NCBI GenBank assembly: GCA_965603825.1
Contig: CBFDEM010000011.1
Coordinates: 744,001 to 808,000, forward strand
DNA: 64,000 nucleotides
Reading direction: 5' to 3'
DNA from: Blepharisma stoltei ATCC 30299
Lineage: Eukaryota; Protista; Ciliophora
In this document: positions 47,983 through 59,359 of the stretch, in pieces
How the letters are laid out: every line of letters begins with the position of its first letter
Numbering within the stretch: the first letter of the stretch is position 1
Program-made: the position numbers and the translations under genes
The notes under the pieces: model-generated
Seen by the model: the letters and a program-made list of their open reading frames with translations, nothing else
Told to the model about the DNA's origin: nothing
Database searches by the model: none

Positions 47983-48091
47983 AATTACATTAGATAATTC
48001 TTTCCTATTAACCCCTCAAATTTTAGTTTAAATAAAAGATTAATTGATTTTTGATTGGGCCATATCTATTATTTCTAATATGGAATTGTAA

Positions 48092-49297
48092 ATGTCAAGC
48101 CAAGACGACATTTATGAAAAAGATAACAATCTCGTCGAAATCATTTGCGAACTTATTGAGACAGAAAATCTCTCAGGACTGTTTGGCACCCTTAAAGAAC
48201 TCGAAGAGCTCAGCCATGAACAGTTTGTGTTCTTGACGCTTACAGCTTTTAAACGACTTCTGTGGAATCAAAGGATAGACGAGGCCCTCCACATATTCGA
48301 CCTGTTTCCTTTTTTATGCTTTTGCGACACTTATATTGAACAAATGATCGTCGATTACCTTTTTGAAGTCGCCAGCCGTGGAGAAATCAAACTCCTTAAG
48401 CAAATAATTGATTCTTTTGGGACACCAGTCAACGTATTAAACTCATCAAAATGCAATTTGTTCGAGCAAGCTTCTTATGCAGGACAATATGAAATGATGA
48501 GGGTTTTGAAAGAAGAATTCGGCTTGACAAGTGACGAAAGCTGTTTATTGGAAAGAGCGGCCAAACTTGATAGGGCAGATATTCTCGAATACCTTTGAAG
48601 AGAGGTAGGGATTAATCCTGGCCGTGGGGAAATGCTGATCAAGGCAGCGGTAAAAGGAGAGTCGATCGAATCGTTGAGTTTTATTAGATTTGGTATGGGA
48701 ATTACAGATTACAGAGAACAAGCAACGCTTGAGCTTGCACTGAGAAATGCAGCGATTCAGGGCTCAATTGAAGTGCTCGAATTTCTTATCACATATTTTC
48801 GAATGCTTTTTAATCCGAAAAAAATATTGCCTTGAGGGGAAACTGAGCCAGCTCCAAAGTCTTGCTTGGTAAACACCTTTGTACGAGCGGCACATAACGG
48901 AAACGCGGAATTTTGCAGGTATTGCTTTTATATTGTAAAACTTGATTTTGCGACAAATGATCCGAATAGCGAATGGGCGAGCTACTTGAGACTTTTGCAA
49001 ATTGCTGTTAAAAAAGGTGACTTAATTTTACTGAGATGTCTGATTGAGGAGCTGGGGATTGATATGAAGCTGCTGCCAGATTTTCAGCAAGACAGCCTTA
49101 TTTTTACTATTTTAAAAAGGCCAGGAGACAAAAAAACAAAGAAAATCTTATTGGATTATGCATTTGACTTTGAAAGTAAGGAGAATATAAAGTGTTTTAA
49201 GTGCATGCTTGATCCTGATGAGTTGAAATTATTAGCAAAAGTCAAGCACATGAAAAATAGTGGATATTGATACAAAAAATTGAAAAACGATATGTAA
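48092..49297 (+). CDS. Degenerate ankyrin-like repeat protein
   Basis: Repeated A(A/S)xxGxxExLxxL motifs. Three ORFs join in one frame through TGA codons to TAA 49295-49297. Confidence 0.7.
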
Positions 49298-49650
49298 GAA
49301 TAATTATTATATATTTATTGTAATTCTTTTGTGCTTGTAAATATAGTTATATTTATGAGAAATTACACCTGACTTAGATTTTAATAGATAAGTCCTAATT
49401 ATCATTTTTGTGTGTTAATTAGAAAAGAGCATTTGGGCTATTTTGGATATATAGAAGAGATTCTTTATCAACGAAATATATTAAAAATATAAAATCATAC
49501 TTTAGGATTTATAGTAAAAGTTTTAATAAAAAACATATCAACCTAAGAAAAGATCATTTAAAGCTAAAATATATTAAGAAAAGTTCTTAGATAATATTTC
49601 TCTAATCTCAAATTAACTTAAAATTTACCTGTAACTTTAATTGCTAAAAT

Positions 49651-50133
49651 ATGGAAGGAATGAGTATACAAGATTTTCTTGAGGCTTCAAGGACTCCTAT
49701 GCATGAGATTGAACCAAACCTATATTTAGGAAGCTTAGACGCTGCAGAAAATGAGAAACTTTTAAAATCTTCTGGAATCAAATATGTTGTCCAGGCACTG
49801 GAAAGGCCGAGCACATATAGATTTGATAATCTAACGTACTATTATGTTCAGATTGATGATCTAGCTAGAGAAAATATGATGCAGCATTTGCCTGGAGCAT
49901 TAAATTTCATACATTCCAACTTGCAAAGGGGTGACAAAGTATTGGTTCATTGTGCTGCTGGTGTTTCACGAAGCGCAACAATTGTAATTGCTTATATAAT
50001 GGCTAAGTATAATATCCCATTTGAAGAAGCTTATGCAATTGTGAGATCGAAAAGAGGATGCGTTTTCCCAAATGATGGCTTTAGGAGACAACTTAGAAGT
50101 GCAGGCCCAGAAGAGCTTAGAAAATTCCTTTAA
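49651..50133 (+). CDS. Atypical dual-specificity protein phosphatase
   Basis: VLVHCAAGVSRSATIVIAYIM, PNDGF, LYLGS. Confidence 0.93.
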   Translation: MEGMSIQDFLEASRTPMHEIEPNLYLGSLDAAENEKLLKSSGIKYVVQALERPSTYRFDNLTYYYVQIDDLARENMMQHLPGALNFIHSNLQRGDKVLVHCAAGVSRSATIVIAYIMAKYNIPFEEAYAIVRSKRGCVFPNDGFRRQLRSAGPEELRKFL

Positions 50134-50212
50134 TTTTAGTTGATTTGTGGTTTTATTGAAAAATAATAAAACAACACATTATAATTAAATTATATCTCTT
50201 ATTAATTTCTCA

Positions 50213-51139
50213 TTACATTAATTTAGTCAAACATTTCCAAAGATTAAAACTCAGTCTTACTTGGGCCATTCTCATTTTTCTTTTCTCTCTGATCTCCATC
50301 ATTCTTTGTATATCTGTAAAAAGAATTTTCGTTGGCTTTTTTACTTGGAATGTTTTCTCGCATTGCATCTTAAATTTCGAAAAAATATCTTTTACTTGTT
50401 TAAGTGGGACTGGGCTCGGACTTTCTGAATAGACAAATGATGACCCGTTGTTTTTCCTCATTCTGTCTGTCAAAGGAGGTTTCGGGGACGGTCGAGTTAA
50501 AGATCTTCCAAAAGTTTTATCTGCAGGAACTTTTTTGCTTAATGACGAATTCCTTACTTTGGGAGAACTCGCTTCGTGGAATTTTTTTAGTTTTTCGCTG
50601 AGCAAGCTCAATTTTGATGGGGAATCGCCAAACATAAACAATGAAGATTTTGAATTTCGTGTAGTTGATGGTCTGAATAATGCAGCCGCATTACTTTTAC
50701 TATCTTGATCGCCCACAAAATGCTCAAAATTAAGCTTGGGAATCTTCTTTTCGATAAGTGACTTTGAAGTTTTTTTGACTGGTGCAATTGTTTCGAAATC
50801 GACTCTGTATCTGATATGACATGAATTCTTTATGTGCGAAAAGAACAACTGGTACTCGTCGTTGCCGCCTTTCCTAGATTTGAAGCATTGCTGAGCTATT
50901 AATTTTAATAATTTCTCGAATTGAAGATAATTAAGCTTTGCTGAAGATTCAGTACCGATTGGGACTCCAGATGAATAAATTACTATTTTCCTTATGCTCT
51001 GTGAAGTTAAAAGGTCTGGAAAAATTCTTGCTGAGCTGCAGAATTTCAAAATATCATTAAACCCAAGTTCTTTATTTTGCTGGTGAGAATCGAAAATTTT
51101 TTGAAGCTGGCCTCGGTTGATATCAAATAATTCGGACAT
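50213..51139 (-). CDS. Hypothetical basic protein
   Basis: 308-aa ORF from ATG to TAA; no family recognised with confidence. Confidence 0.65.
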   Translation of the reverse strand: MSELFDINRGQLQKIFDSHQQNKELGFNDILKFCSSARIFPDLLTSQSIRKIVIYSSGVPIGTESSAKLNYLQFEKLLKLIAQQCFKSRKGGNDEYQLFFSHIKNSCHIRYRVDFETIAPVKKTSKSLIEKKIPKLNFEHFVGDQDSKSNAAALFRPSTTRNSKSSLFMFGDSPSKLSLLSEKLKKFHEASSPKVRNSSLSKKVPADKTFGRSLTRPSPKPPLTDRMRKNNGSSFVYSESPSPVPLKQVKDIFSKFKMQCEKTFQVKKPTKILFTDIQRMMEIREKRKMRMAQVRLSFNLWKCLTKLM

Positions 51140-51405
51140 TTTGAATATTATTTCATAATTAGCATGAAAAAGTGCTTTATAAGTTGAATATATTTTATGG
51201 CTATATATGAGTAATACAAGAATAAATTTAATTTTAAAGTAGTAATTTTAATAGTTGCAATTTTATTACTTCTCCAAAATTTCTAAAAAAAATTTCAGCC
51301 TATTTTAGCGTTTCTAGCATCTCTCACTATCTTTAATTTTATTTAGAAGCATCTTAGCATCATTGATTGTAGAGCAATGCAAGTTTAATTAATAAATTAC
51401 AAATC

Positions 51406-52500
51406 ATGGGCAATGCTCAAGAAAAACCGAATCACCAAGAAGTGGACAACCCAATTCTATCCAGATACCATTTCAATTTTATCAATATCATTGGACGTGG
51501 AGGCTTTGGCAGGGTTTGAAAAGTCGAACTAAAAAAATCCAAGAAATTTTACGCCATGAAGGAAATGCTCAAGTTGAGAGTCGTCAGCAAACGCAGCGTT
51601 TCTTCTGTGATGAATGAGAGACGACTTCTCTCAATGATAAAGCACCCGTTTATAGTGAATATGCAGTATGCTTTCCAAGATAGAGAAAACCTTTATCTTG
51701 CTATGGACCTCATGACAGGTGGAGATCTCCGATATCACCTCTCACAAAACAAGAGGTTCACCGAAGAACAGACCAAGTTTTTTGTCGCCTGCATTATAAC
51801 AGGCCTGGAATATCTCCATATAAATGGAATTATACATAGAGATATAAAGCCAGAAAATTTAGTTTTCGATCATAAAGGATATTTAAGAATAACAGACTTT
51901 GGGATTTCTAAAGTGATAGCACCGGAAAATTATAGGGATACCTCAGGAACACCTGGATATATGGCTCCTGAGGTCATGTGCAGGCAAAATCATGGGATGG
52001 CTGTCGATTACTTTGCAGTTGGAGTCATGGGATATGAATTTATGACTGGCAGAAGGCCGTATTTGGGCAGAAATAGAAAAGAAATTAAAGAACAAATTTT
52101 GGCCAGACAAGTTCAGCTTAAAAAATCTGATGTCCCGCCTGGATGGTCTATGGAAGCTGCAGATTTTATTAATAAACTACTGCAGAGAAAAGCTCAGAAC
52201 AGGCTGGGCAATAAAGGACCTTCAGAAGTCAAGAACCACGCATGACTAAGAGATTTTCAATGGAAAAAGCTACTTGAAAAATCCCTTGATGCCCCGTTTT
52301 TGCCTCCAAGGCAAGAGAACTATGATGCAAGAATTTTCAGCGATTTTAAAGATGAAATTGACGAATCACTCGTGCAAGAATCTATTCAAGGGCTTTTTGC
52401 TGGGTATCAGTTTGATTCCCATCTCTTGAATAGCAAAGATGATGAGTCAACGGTGCAAATCAAAAACTCTGGCAAAAGCTCAAGAAGACTGGCATCATAG
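51406..52500 (+). CDS. AGC-group Ser/Thr kinase, possible N-myristoylation
   Basis: MGNAQ start, GRGGFGRV[W]K, HRDIKPEN, DFG, GTPGYMAPE, KNHA[W]L...APF. Confidence 0.9.
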
Positions 52501-52606
52501 ATTAATTAGTGTATATTTAACACTTATAAGCAATGTTTATTATTATACATTTAGGTGCTGGGCTCAGCATATATAAGAAATGAAAAAGTTTTATTATTAA
52601 TTTAAA

Positions 52607-53524
52607 ATGATCAGTGGAGCTCAAAGATGCTTTTCAACAGTTCCTAATCTTCTTTATGTAGGCTTAGGGGAAATGGGGTATCGCATTGCAGGGACTCTCA
52701 GCAAAACCTACCCTATGACTGTTTGAAATCGCACCAATGAGAAAGCTGTAAGCCACGCTAGCGAATATGGAACTACAGCTCTAGCAGGGCCGAATCCTTT
52801 TGCCCATGACATTTCGCATATTGATGTGATTTTATCTTGCCTGCCGACTTCAAATGAAGTTAAAATTTTTGCTGATCATTTGATAGCAAGCCAAAGCCAG
52901 TTGAAGCAAGGCCTGCTGTGGTTAGATAACACTTCTGGTGTGCCTCATCAATCAAGGCAAATAGCTGAACTGTTGCAGCAAAGATCAGTGCAGTTCTTAG
53001 ATGTCCCAATCAGTGGAGGACGCAAAGGTGCCACAAATGCTACATTAACCATTATGGTAGGAGGACCAAAACCAGATTACGAAAGAATATTGCCAATCCT
53101 ACAAAAAATGGGCAAAAATATAGCTCACATAGGTGATGTAGGATCTGCTCATGCAGTGAAGGGTCTAAACAACTTATTATATGGCTGCAATATTTTACTA
53201 GCAATGAAAGTTGCTCAGACTTTGGAAAAAGAAGGAATTGACCCTGATGTAGCCTTAAAAGCTATGATGACTTCTTCAGGAGGCTCAAATTCAATGCTAA
53301 GAGTTCATGAGTATGTAACCCACAACAGAACAATTGATTACAGTTTCAAAGCCAATGCATTAGTAAAAGATATGGACATTGGGCTTTCTATGGTTACGCC
53401 TAGGAGTGAAGATGATCCAGCTATTAAGATGTTCACAAACATAAGAGACATCTACTTCAAAATGGCAACTGAAAAGGGTTGGAGCACTGCTGAAGTATTT
53501 GACACGTTTCCATATATTGAATAA
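52607..53524 (+). CDS. Beta-hydroxyacid dehydrogenase (3-hydroxyisobutyrate dehydrogenase family)
   Basis: GLGEMG, V[W]NRT, CLPT, DVPISGG, TLTIMVGG, AVKGLNN catalytic Lys, KDM. Confidence 0.9.
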
Positions 53525-53564
53525 AATTAAAAATTTTAGGTTTCGTTTAATAATGTATATATAA

Positions 53565-54413
53565 ATGAATCATAGTGCCGATCCTTATGTCTATTTGTCC
53601 TATGAGAATCGAGACGTATTGACTGGCCAATGCTTATTAGATTTACTTGGGTTTCCAGAGCTGAATAGAACAGCTCTGATTGGACTTAAGCATTCAATAG
53701 CAAATCAAAGATGCCATCTATCATCAGGCTTTCAGCAACAAGAAGAAGACGCTTTTTACAGGCTACCTTTACTTCACAGCCTAACATGTCCTGCAAGAGC
53801 CTATTTCAGAGAGTTTAACTCAGTTTTCCAGCTTAATAGAAAAATTAAGCTCGCTGGTTGTGCAGTAATAATGAGCGCTGATTCAAAAGTTCTTCTCACC
53901 AGGAGAACTGAAACCTTAAGCCTTTTCCCAAAAAATTGGGTTTTTCCTGGAGGCCGTCTGGAGATGGGAGAAAGTCTTGAATATTGTGCTATTAGAGAAG
54001 CTGCTGAAGAAACGGGAATTGATTTTGAAATTTCTGAAAGCCATTTTAAATATCGGGGCACAACAGTAGCTGTAACTCCTTTATTCATATATGAAAGTTC
54101 ATTTCCTTGCATTGGACCTCCAAAAGCTCAACATTTGATTGTGTTTTTCACGATAAATTTAAATTTTTCATCAAACGAGATTGGTTTGTCGCTCCAGAGG
54201 TCAGAGGTTGACTATGCAGTATGAATATCGAAAGAAGATTATGAAAATATAAATAGAGGTATAGATTTTACAATGCCTGGACTTCACTATACACATGAAA
54301 ACGCTCATATATCAAGCCATCAATTATTAGGAATTGCCCCAAATCAAATTGGCGAAGGGGTTGCAGAAGGCCACAAGCACGCATTAGATATGATTTATCA
54401 GCAAAACCACTAG
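53565..54413 (+). CDS. Nudix hydrolase (NUDT17-like)
   Basis: Nudix box GGRLEMGESLEYCAIREAAEETG, VLLTRR, EVDYAV[W]; ends at TAG 54411-54413. Confidence 0.85.
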
Positions 54414-54424
54414 AATTATTAAGT

Positions 54425-55066
54425 TTAAATTGAAAAACGATTTTGTTCGTAGCTGGCAAGCAACGGTTCATCCCACCGCCTCTTTTCAGCTCTGCGGATA
54501 ATTTGCTTTCTGATTGTGAGCAATAGTGTAACTCCCAAAGCAAAAATCAGTATAAGCTGAATGGTTATGCTTAAGCCAAAACCATCCTCATTTGTGTTTT
54601 CTTTTCCTGTACAAAAGTGCTCTTGGCAATTATTCTTGCACAGTTCGCCACTTTCGATCCCAATGCATAGCAAGTTACAGCTTTTAGTGCATTCTGCACT
54701 AGTTGTGGTGACCTCTATAATTTGTCCTTTCTTTTGCTCAACAAGGAGGTCTTCACAGCCGGAATATACTGCGCACTGATATTTGTCTTCTCCTTTTTGT
54801 GCAAGTTGGAGACAAATCTCAAGCGAAGTGACATCACAGCCAAGCTCACGTTCGGCCCATAACTTTTCGTCTTGCTTAATTTTAGGTAGAGAATATTGGT
54901 TGCCTTTGGCAACAAACTCTTCTAATGGTGGAGGCAGCGGAGATTCGCACTGGCACGAGTCATAGCAGCTTTTGCCTTTGTTTTGTTTTGTGCATTTACT
55001 TTGACAGTCTTGATCGCAGGCGAATGCTACAATCAAAAATGTGAGAAAAATCCATTCGCGTTTCAT
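54425..55066 (-). CDS. Small Cys-rich single-pass membrane protein
   Basis: Signal peptide, CxxxCxxxC motifs, C-terminal TM, EPLL dileucine-like tail. Confidence 0.7.
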   Translation of the reverse strand: MKREWIFLTFLIVAFACDQDCQSKCTKQNKGKSCYDSCQCESPLPPPLEEFVAKGNQYSLPKIKQDEKLWAERELGCDVTSLEICLQLAQKGEDKYQCAVYSGCEDLLVEQKKGQIIEVTTTSAECTKSCNLLCIGIESGELCKNNCQEHFCTGKENTNEDGFGLSITIQLILIFALGVTLLLTIRKQIIRRAEKRRWDEPLLASYEQNRFSI

Positions 55067-55153
55067 TAATTTGTCGTAAAATTATAAGCCATTTCTTTAT
55101 CTTAATTCTAAACTGAAAAAGATTATTGAAAATATTATATTGATTAAAGAAAT

Positions 55154-56482
55154 TTATGTCGAGTGTTGGAGCTCTAAGTATAAACTGCCGAGTTTTTCGA
55201 TGTTTTTATGGATAAGCATTTTTAGGGAGCGTATATAAGGTTCAGTGTTGCTTTTGCCTGGATTTGTAGGTTGGTGTTCTCTTAAGTAATTCCAGATAAT
55301 TAAAAGGAACTCTTTTATGCTAGAATTAGGGATTAAGTGTAAATAGTTAGAAATTGACCCTGCCAGTGATGGAACCCAGCCAAGCTCAGCTAGAAGTTTA
55401 AGTAACAGCATTGTATTTGGCAAATCTTGTCTAGATTGATTATACATACCAATCAAATTTGCCAAAATGCTCAGCAGCAAATCAATCATCTGCAAAGCAA
55501 GCTTATTCCCTCCTCCTACAATCAGTGAAACAATTTTCAGTGTATATGTATCCGAAAGCACTTGCTTTCTAATAAAAAGCGTATCCCAATTAGAATTTGA
55601 TAAGTTTGGCAGCACTTCGCTATAATGCTGTATTAAAATCTGCACCTTTTCTGAAGGCGTATCAGTTTCTTTTGAAATTGAATAAACAGACTGAGGAGGC
55701 GCTCTGTAATTAAAATCAAATTTCGAATGCAGAAAATAAAATTTATCTCTAATTCCTGATTCTTCAACTTCTCCTTCTTCTGGAGATTTCATCAAATCTT
55801 TAAGCAATAAACATGCAATACTCGGCACATCTCGATCAGATCCATTGGCAACATACCCAAATGGCAGTGCATGGGCAAGTAAATTAGAGCTGGCATATTG
55901 GAAGCATTGATATTGCTTACAAAGAGTCACCATTGGCGCTGATAGTTTTTCACATAACAATTTTACTCTTAAATCTTCTTCGCCAAGGCCGAGTTTTGAA
56001 GTAAACCGAACGATCCTTAATAAGACTTCAGCGAGATCAAGCTCATCAACATGCAAATTTGTACACCATAAGTCAATAAATTTGATAAATTGCAAAGCAA
56101 GCTTTGTGGCTTGGGTTGCTGGGAGAGTTATTAAGGAATTAAGGTGCATGAATAAGTTTGCTCGGAGTTCATATAGATGATAGAGTGTAAAGCAGCAGCC
56201 GTCTTGGATTTCTGCAATACTTACGTGGGTAAGATTAAGTAAAGCAAGCTCATGAGTTGTTGGGTTGAACGAATTAAGGACGTTCGTGATTGCTTGAATT
56301 CAGGCAACCGGACTAATCAGCTCCATTCGTTTTTTTACCCTGTGGAATATTGAACTTGAAAAATTAGGCCCTTCTATGATTTCTTGAAAGATAGCGACTC
56401 ATAGCTCAGTTTCTGTCGGAAAACTCTTAGAAAGTGCTTTAGGCGAGTATGATTTCACAAAATTTTCTAGTTCCTCAGTCAT
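55154..56482 (-). CDS. Helical protein, C-terminus resembles Integrator subunit 5
   Basis: Frame extended to ATG 56482 through two TGA codons. LLIIWNYLREHQP...LIHKNIEKLG recalls the INTS5 C-terminus (from memory only). Confidence 0.5.
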
Positions 56483-56512
56483 TATTATTATGCTAATTAC
56501 AAGAATTAAAAT

Positions 56513-58363
56513 ATGATCGTAGGAAACAGAAAAGACTTGCTTTCCTCTTTATCCCTTTCAAATATTTCAAATAATACCCCAAAGACTCTTAGACTAACTC
56601 CCCTTTTCCACCAACAAAATTCTGAATCAACATTACGTGATACAACGGTTAGTCGAGGACGTACATCCCGAGCCGATCTGCAAGGCCTTTCAACGACAGA
56701 TCGCATTTCACATAGAAATTCTAAAAGCGTCAACTTGCAAGTGTCCCCTGATGTAGCTGCTGAAGTAGTAAAAAAATATATCTTGCCAATGTTCGAAATT
56801 GATGCAAGAAATTCTAAAGATTCTGCAAGATCGAAAACTTTTGGAATCCCAAGGACTGAGAGGTCAAGGCAAAATTCTGCTTTTGACGGGCCTGTATATG
56901 CAGAATTAAAGCTGAGTGAAAAGCTGAATCAAGAAATTAAGTCATTAAGAGAAGAACTTGAGCACCAAATTCAATGCGTTAAAAGAGCTGAGCAAGAGAA
57001 AGAATTGATTAAAAATGAATTTGGCCATGTAAAAGAAGCACTATTTAGAAGTGAAGCGAACTATGCAGCTTTAAATTTGGAACTTATAGAGATCAGTAAG
57101 CAGCTTCAAGAAGTGGAGCAGTGTCATAGTGTTCTTAAAGAGCAGGCGCAGCAATATCAAAAGCAAAACAGCGAGCTTGATACAAAAGCAATTGAACTTG
57201 GAAGGCAGCTTCATGATGAAATGGCTGTGAACGATAAACTGAAAAATATTGCGTTACAATTGCATCATGGCAACTCTTTGCTAGTAATGCAAAGTGAAAT
57301 AATGGGTGAAAGATTGAAAGGACTCTTCGAGTCTTTTGAGTTTCTTACCAAGGCTCAAAGCACTGAGGCAAAATTAGCTGAAGAGTATACAATTTTCAGT
57401 GCATGAGGCAAAGAAATTGCAAACGGCTATATTAGCTTATATAGTGAACTTAGAGATGTAACAATTAACCGAGACGAACTTTTTAAGGACTCTGTTGAGC
57501 TTGCCGAGTTGAAAAGCGAGCTTCAAGGCCAACGAGACAAAATATACAAATCATTCAAAGACAGAGTATCCTATCTTGAGCAGGAACTATCAAAAACCCA
57601 GGAAGAAAGCGTAACCATAAAGCAAGAATTTTCAACTCTCGAAAAGAAATTTGCAGATATCTCAAATGAATACAACCGTATGAGGCAGAGGCTAAAGCAA
57701 TTCAAATTCCAATCAGAGCTTGAAGAAAAATTTTGCAAAAATTGCCAAAAACCTTATATTGAGTCTGAAAATTTTAACTGATCTTGCAAAACTCACAAAA
57801 GCAAGTTCAGTGGAGATCTCTATTGATGCTGCGGCAGAGCTGGTAAAGATGCTCCAGGCTGTGTCTCTTCTAAGCATATCTCAAAAGATGACGAGGAAAT
57901 TGAAATAGTTAATGAAATCTCCAGACTTTCTAACCGCTGCACAGTAATTTTTATATAGAGCTGCAGAACACTTGGCCATTTTGCACATGAATGCCCAAGA
58001 GATCCTAACGCAAGGACAAAATATGAGCCGAAAGATGAGCTTGAACGAATTTTAGATGTCGCAAAAAATAAGAAAAAATCTCACGTGTTAGAGAATGATA
58101 TCCAAGACAGGATGATGAGCTTAATTAAAGAAAATATGCTTGAAAGAGAAGCGACAGATTATGAAATTACAGAAGAGAGCCTAGAAAATATAGACTATGC
58201 AGGAAGATCATTTAAAGATTTGTTGAAGATCAAAAAAGATTTACCATTTGATTCATATGTAAATAGAGTCAGTCTTGAAACAGAACAGTTAGAAGAAGAT
58301 AAGAGTCTTCACCGGAGCTTGAAGACGATGAAAACATTTAAACGGAAGTCGATTGATCAATAA
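56513..58363 (+). CDS. Coiled-coil protein with Cys/His zinc-binding module and CCHC zinc knuckle; one 15-nt intron
   Basis: CKNCQK...ENFN[W]SCKTH...Y[W]CCG...GC...H. Removing intron 57944-57958 creates CTSCRTLGHFAHECP. Confidence 0.8.
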
Positions 58364-58439
58364 TTAAGTAATGCCATTTTTTTAAAAGTTGCTTGAATTG
58401 GTCAGTAAATGATTTAAAAATATATTAGCTATTATAAAG

Positions 58440-59300
58440 ATGGTTTCAAATGAGTCTGAGATTCAACAAGTGTTCACTGACATAGGTGAGTTTATGGAGG
58501 AAAATAGAGAGTCTGTGCTTGAAAATATACCCCTCACAAATTCTGATGACTTGAGCTATACCCATGAAGATGTAGACTTCTTTATTCCGTCTAGCGAAAG
58601 TGAGGAAGAAAAAAGGCTGGAAAGCTTTGATATGCTTCAATGCTCTCTTCTGCAAACTGATAGCATTGTTAAACTTGGATCAGAAATTTCTGATGATTCT
58701 GTTTTGGAACAAGATAAATATGAGTTAAATGGAAGAGGCAGTTATAGCAATCAAAGTGCACAGACGAAAACTGTGGAGCCTGTTTTAACCATTTCTAATG
58801 CTTTGCTGGAGAGTATAAGGGAAATCGTAAAAGCTGAGTTATACTTAGAGAAAAGTGCCTATGAGTCAAAAATTCAGGCTGGAGTTGAATGCGAAATTTG
58901 TAAAGCTGATCCAATTATTGGAGTGATATACCATTGCCAAGTATGTGACTACTTCCTATGCCAAGCGTGCGAAGACAATGTTGATCATAGCCATCCTCTT
59001 ATTAAAATTAAGTTCACAGCTAATAAAACAAAGCCAAGAGCTAGCTCAAGCCTTGTTATCGAACCATTAAAAAAGCCCATAATCCAGCCCCAGCAAGAAA
59101 GTCGAAAAATTACGTATCTTCCAATCGATGTTGATTACTCAGGAGCCATGTTCAAAAGACCTACTGGTAAGCAACTCAAAAAATTGATAGCCGATCTTAA
59201 ATTACGAGGTTTTACGAATACCCATAAATGCATGTCAGCTCTTGCTAAATCAAAATATGATATCAAGTGCTCTGCTGAAATTCTATTAAAAGGAAAGTAA
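58440..59300 (+). CDS. ZZ-type zinc finger protein with C-terminal UBA-like domain
   Basis: CEICKADPIIGVIYHCQVCDYFLCQACE...HSHPL; LKLRGFTN...AL...YDI...A.IL UBA-like end. Confidence 0.75.
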   Translation: MVSNESEIQQVFTDIGEFMEENRESVLENIPLTNSDDLSYTHEDVDFFIPSSESEEEKRLESFDMLQCSLLQTDSIVKLGSEISDDSVLEQDKYELNGRGSYSNQSAQTKTVEPVLTISNALLESIREIVKAELYLEKSAYESKIQAGVECEICKADPIIGVIYHCQVCDYFLCQACEDNVDHSHPLIKIKFTANKTKPRASSSLVIEPLKKPIIQPQQESRKITYLPIDVDYSGAMFKRPTGKQLKKLIADLKLRGFTNTHKCMSALAKSKYDIKCSAEILLKGK

Positions 59301-59359
59301 AATAAACGTAATAGATTTAAAATATTTTATATTAAAATATAAAAAGAGATAAGTTGCAA

